A stretch of 64,000 nt of DNA, taken from Gemmatimonadales bacterium. GTDB taxonomy: Bacteria; Gemmatimonadota; Gemmatimonadetes; Gemmatimonadales; GWC2-71-9. The notes under the pieces were generated by a model. The model ran no database searches, was not told where the DNA came from, and saw only the letters and a program-made list of their open reading frames with translations. Shown piece after piece: positions 61,086 through 64,000 of the stretch. A program made the translations under genes and the position numbers. Positions within the stretch are counted from its first letter, which is position 1, and every line of letters begins with the position of its first letter. The stretch spans positions 322,346 to 386,345 of the forward strand of contig JBGATI010000001.1 of NCBI GenBank assembly GCA_044229245.1. The letters are read 5' to 3'.

Positions 61086-61598
61086 ATGGCCACAGAAGAA
61101 GAGCGCGCGGTGCGCAACCTGATCCGCGTCGCGGCCCCTGGAGACCTCGACGCCATCGGCCGCCTCGGCGCGCTGCTCGTCCGCGAGCATCACGACTTCG
61201 ACCCGCGGCGCTTCATCCCGGCGACGCCGGAGACCCCGCATGGCTACGCGTCGTATCTCGGCTCGCAGCTCGGGAAGGCCGACGTCGTCATCCTCGTCGC
61301 CGAGCGGACTGGCACCGTGCTCGGGTACACCTACGCCGGCATCGAGGACTGGGACTACATGGCGCTCCGCGGACCGGCCGGCGCGCTCTATGACATCGTG
61401 GTCGATCCGGACTGTCGTGGAGAAGGGATCGGGCAGGCACTCCTCGAGCGGACCCTCGCGGAGCTCGCGGCACGGGGCGCACCGCGGGTCGTGCTCTCCA
61501 CCGCCGAGCAGAATGGAGCGGCGCAGCGGCTCTTCGCGCGGGCGGGGTTCCGGCGGACGATGGTGGAGATGACGCGGGAGCTGGGCGGAAGCGCCTGA
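61086..61598 (+). CDS. GNAT-family N-acetyltransferase
   Basis: ATG at 61086. IVVDPDCRGEGIGQALLERTL...NGAAQRLFARAGF. Confidence 0.8.
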   Translation: MATEEERAVRNLIRVAAPGDLDAIGRLGALLVREHHDFDPRRFIPATPETPHGYASYLGSQLGKADVVILVAERTGTVLGYTYAGIEDWDYMALRGPAGALYDIVVDPDCRGEGIGQALLERTLAELAARGAPRVVLSTAEQNGAAQRLFARAGFRRTMVEMTRELGGSA

Positions 61599-61631
61599 TG
61601 CGGGGGAGATCGTCCGACGGTCCGGCCGCAC

Positions 61632-62381
61632 TCAGAGCCTGAGCCGAAAGACCCCGCGCCCGATCACGGCGGCGCCCACCGTCACGGCCAGCCCCATCGC
61701 GAACCGCCGGAACCCCTCCGCACTGGGCGCCTCCTGGCCCGGCAGCAGGCCGATGACCTCAGCGCTGGAGGCCGGCCGTGCGCCTCGCCCATCACGACGG
61801 TCGAGCATCACCGGTCCCTGAGCGGGGACGAGACGGTGTCCGGCCATCGTGAGGCCGGTGACTGCGGCGCTGGCCCCCAGAATCCAGAGGCTGAACAGCG
61901 CCGCCGTCCCCAGGCCATCACTCGGCCGCAGTCCCCGCACCCCGCCTGACACCGACCGGCCCATGCCGACGATCACCCGCGCCCGCTTGAGGAGCGGAGT
62001 CCAGTTGACGGCGACATGCAGCGCCGCCAGCCACTGCAGCCAGGTCCCGGTGTAGCCGTGCAGCTCGTGCCATCGCATGAAGACATCGGCCGACATCGCC
62101 TGGTGAATCCACACCACCTTCGACGCGAAGAGACCGGAGGCCGTCACCGAGACCAGCGTGACGAACATCAGGACGTTGAGCAGCAGATTCACCCGCGCGC
62201 GCCACGTGGGCAGCGCGCCCACCCGGGACAGATTCGAGACCACCCACCGGCGCTGCCGCAGCAGGTGCAGGAAGACCGCTGCCGCCAAGGCGATGGAGAG
62301 GTACTCATGCCACGGCACGCCCGTGAATCGCAGGCTGCCCAGGGCGACGATGACCACCAGCATGGCGACGTCGTGGAACAT
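61632..62381 (-). CDS. Polytopic membrane protein (possibly DUF4405-like)
   Basis: ATG at 62381. Several hydrophobic helices with conserved His (HEYLSIALAAAVFLHLL, HELHGY, LHVAVNW). Family call is tentative. Confidence 0.45.
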   Translation of the reverse strand: MFHDVAMLVVIVALGSLRFTGVPWHEYLSIALAAAVFLHLLRQRRWVVSNLSRVGALPTWRARVNLLLNVLMFVTLVSVTASGLFASKVVWIHQAMSADVFMRWHELHGYTGTWLQWLAALHVAVNWTPLLKRARVIVGMGRSVSGGVRGLRPSDGLGTAALFSLWILGASAAVTGLTMAGHRLVPAQGPVMLDRRDGRGARPASSAEVIGLLPGQEAPSAEGFRRFAMGLAVTVGAAVIGRGVFRLRL

Positions 62382-62635
62382 CGTCACCGCCGGACTCCGG
62401 ACGACCGACCCGGGCGCGAGCAACTGGCGAGGCGGCACGACAGCCGCGCGGTCATCGAGAGTCACGGGAATCGCTGGTTCGCGGTGAGCCGGAGGGGGGG
62501 CCTTAGCTGTCGAGCAGCCGGTGCGGCCGGGGAGGAAGCATACACCACAGCCGAGCGAGGCGACACAACAGCTCTTCGGGCGGGCCAGACTGCGGCGCAG
62601 CATTCACCCTGAGGGTCGCCGCGCATCACCGGCAC

Positions 62636-63286
62636 CTACCCCGCAGCCGCAGGCAGCATCCCCGCCACCACCGGCACCAGCGCCTTCCCCAGCCGCTGGT
62701 GCTGATCCGCATCCAGATGCACGCCGTCTACCACGCTCGATGGCGTCGCCGTGCCGGCGTCGAAGAAGTGGCAGCCGAGTTCGCGGGCGATGGCTTCGTA
62801 GGCCGCGGCAAGTCCCGCGCTCCGCGCCGGTCCGCCCGCGAACTTCGGCGCGAGCGGCCCCTTCGGCTCCGCCATCGGCGGGGGCGCGAGAATCAGGATC
62901 TCGGGCACGGGCATCCCCGGCTCGATCGGCGCCCGCCGCACCGCGGCCACGAGCGTGGCGAGCCCCTGGGCCGATTGCCAGGGCGTGGTCGTGTGCATCG
63001 ACTGGAAGTCGTTGGTGCCGAGAAAGAGGATCAGCAGATCGAGCGGCGAGTGGACCTCCATCCGCTGCTCGAGGCCGACGAGCCCGTTCCGCCCCGGCTT
63101 GAAGGGATCGTCGAAGACCGTTCGCCTTCCATTGAGACAATCCTCGGCGATGCGGACCGCGAGGCCGCGGGCGATGAGCCCCTCCTCCAGGATGCCGGGC
63201 CAGCGGGCGTTGAATGGAAGCCGTGCGCGGGTGAGGGGCACGATGCCCCAGGTGAGCGAGTCGCCGTAGACGAGGATGTGGCGCAT
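62636..63286 (-). CDS. SGNH/GDSL hydrolase
   Basis: ATG at 63286. ILVYGDSLTWG (block I), LGTNDF, DGVHLD (block V). Confidence 0.8.
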   Translation of the reverse strand: MRHILVYGDSLTWGIVPLTRARLPFNARWPGILEEGLIARGLAVRIAEDCLNGRRTVFDDPFKPGRNGLVGLEQRMEVHSPLDLLILFLGTNDFQSMHTTTPWQSAQGLATLVAAVRRAPIEPGMPVPEILILAPPPMAEPKGPLAPKFAGGPARSAGLAAAYEAIARELGCHFFDAGTATPSSVVDGVHLDADQHQRLGKALVPVVAGMLPAAAG

Positions 63287-63415
63287 GGGGATAAGCTGCG
63301 AGTCACAGGGGGTCTCCGCCAGTGGACCGGGACAGACCCCATCTTCAGTGATTGGGTGGGCGTATCTTTCAGGAGGCTGGGCGGTCATTCACCACACACT
63401 CACCAGGGATGCGGT

Positions 63416-63930
63416 ATGCGTTTCACACAGGGTTCGGCTCTCGCCGCGGCGCTCGTGCTCACGATCTCCTCCACTCCCGTCGTCGCCCAGACGGTGGACA
63501 CGGCCGGGGCGGTCCGCTCCGCGACCGCGGCGGCGGACGGCTGGCTGCGGATCGTGGATCAGAAGCAGTACGGGGCGAGCTGGGACAGCGCGGCGACGCT
63601 CTTCAAGGGCGCGGTGACGCGCGAGCAGTGGTCGCAGGCGGCGGCGCAGGCGCGGACAGCGCGGCGACGCTCTTCAAGGGCGCGGTGACGCGCGAGCAGT
63701 GGTCGCAGGCGGCGGCGCAGGCGCGGAGTTCGGCGGGAGCGATCGGTACCAGGGAGAAGCCGACGGCACAGTTCACCACCCAGCTTCCCGGCGCACCGGC
63801 GGGACAGTACGTGGTGCTGCAGTATCGGAGCACGGCCGGGCCCGGGCACAGCGCCACCGAAACCATCACGGCCATGTTTGATGGCACGCGCGGCTGGCGG
63901 ATCGCGGGCTACTTCGTGCGGCCGCAGTAG
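63416..63930 (+). pseudogene. DUF4019 secreted protein disrupted by a 71-bp tandem duplication
   Basis: The signal-peptide frame (ATG at 63416) reads ...WDSAATLFKGAVTREQWSQAAAQAR, then shifts and stops at 63688. The remainder (SSAGAIGTREKP...GWRIAGYFVRPQ) is in the frame ending at 63930. Removing one repeat copy restores a single ORF. Confidence 0.65.
63583..63727. repeat. Perfect tandem direct duplication, period 71 bp
   Basis: 63583-63656 is identical to 63654-63727 (offset 71). The copies share a 3-nt GGA junction. Confidence 0.95.
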
Positions 63931-64000
63931 GGACGGACACCAGGCGTCGGCCGTTCACCTCGCCCCGCCGCACGACCCATAGCCGCAGGCCATGAACAGG

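Noticed and set aside
62521-63102. 193-aa + strand Pro/Ala/Arg-rich ORF
   Set aside because: Antisense to the SGNH hydrolase gene, which has the GDS and DxxH blocks. Low complexity.

Overview
Very GC-rich bacterial chromosomal window (GC not computed). It is densely coded, and high GC produces many long spurious antisense ORFs. I found no rRNA, tRNA, CRISPR array, transposase, integrase or phage gene. Recognisable modules, left to right:
(1) A red-type form I RuBisCO operon, cbbL-cbbS-cbbX (cbbX cut by the left edge), with a divergent cbbR.
(2) An orphan B12-binding-type radical SAM gene next to an unusually long non-coding region.
(3) An aerobic-type 2-oxoglutarate:ferredoxin oxidoreductase, korAB, behind an OmpA-like lipoprotein gene.
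(4) A Ser/Thr kinase-TPR fusion and a PadR plus ADOP-type orphan permease pair.
(5) A complete [NiFe]-hydrogenase maturation operon, hypABFCDE, with no hydrogenase structural genes in the window and a HypA that lacks its zinc-finger domain.
(6) Glycosidases (GH53, GH3), a stand-alone KaiC homologue with a long C-terminal coiled coil, a TAT-exported PLP enzyme plus PHP-like hydrolase pair, and an MFS/LysR pair.
(7) A right-hand stretch rich in small GNAT, cupin, DinB, RidA, YciI and SRPBCC-type genes.
The gene content (ADOP permease with PadR, kinase-TPR fusions, many TAT or secreted enzymes) suggests Gemmatimonadota or Acidobacteriota; this is inference only.
No clear-cut new system (defence island, RiPP cluster or mobile element) is demonstrable from sequence alone. 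The best candidates for follow-up are:
- the co-location of Calvin-cycle, hydrogenase-maturation and OFOR genes in this taxonomic context;
- the Zn-less HypA;
- the orphan coiled-coil KaiC;
- a tightly spaced seven-gene cluster of unknown function divergent from hypA;
- three independent gene lesions: a 71-bp tandem duplication, a 5-prime deletion plus frameshift, and a homopolymer frameshift.
Start codons are my best choices and often uncertain. Family names come from motif recognition, not database searches.
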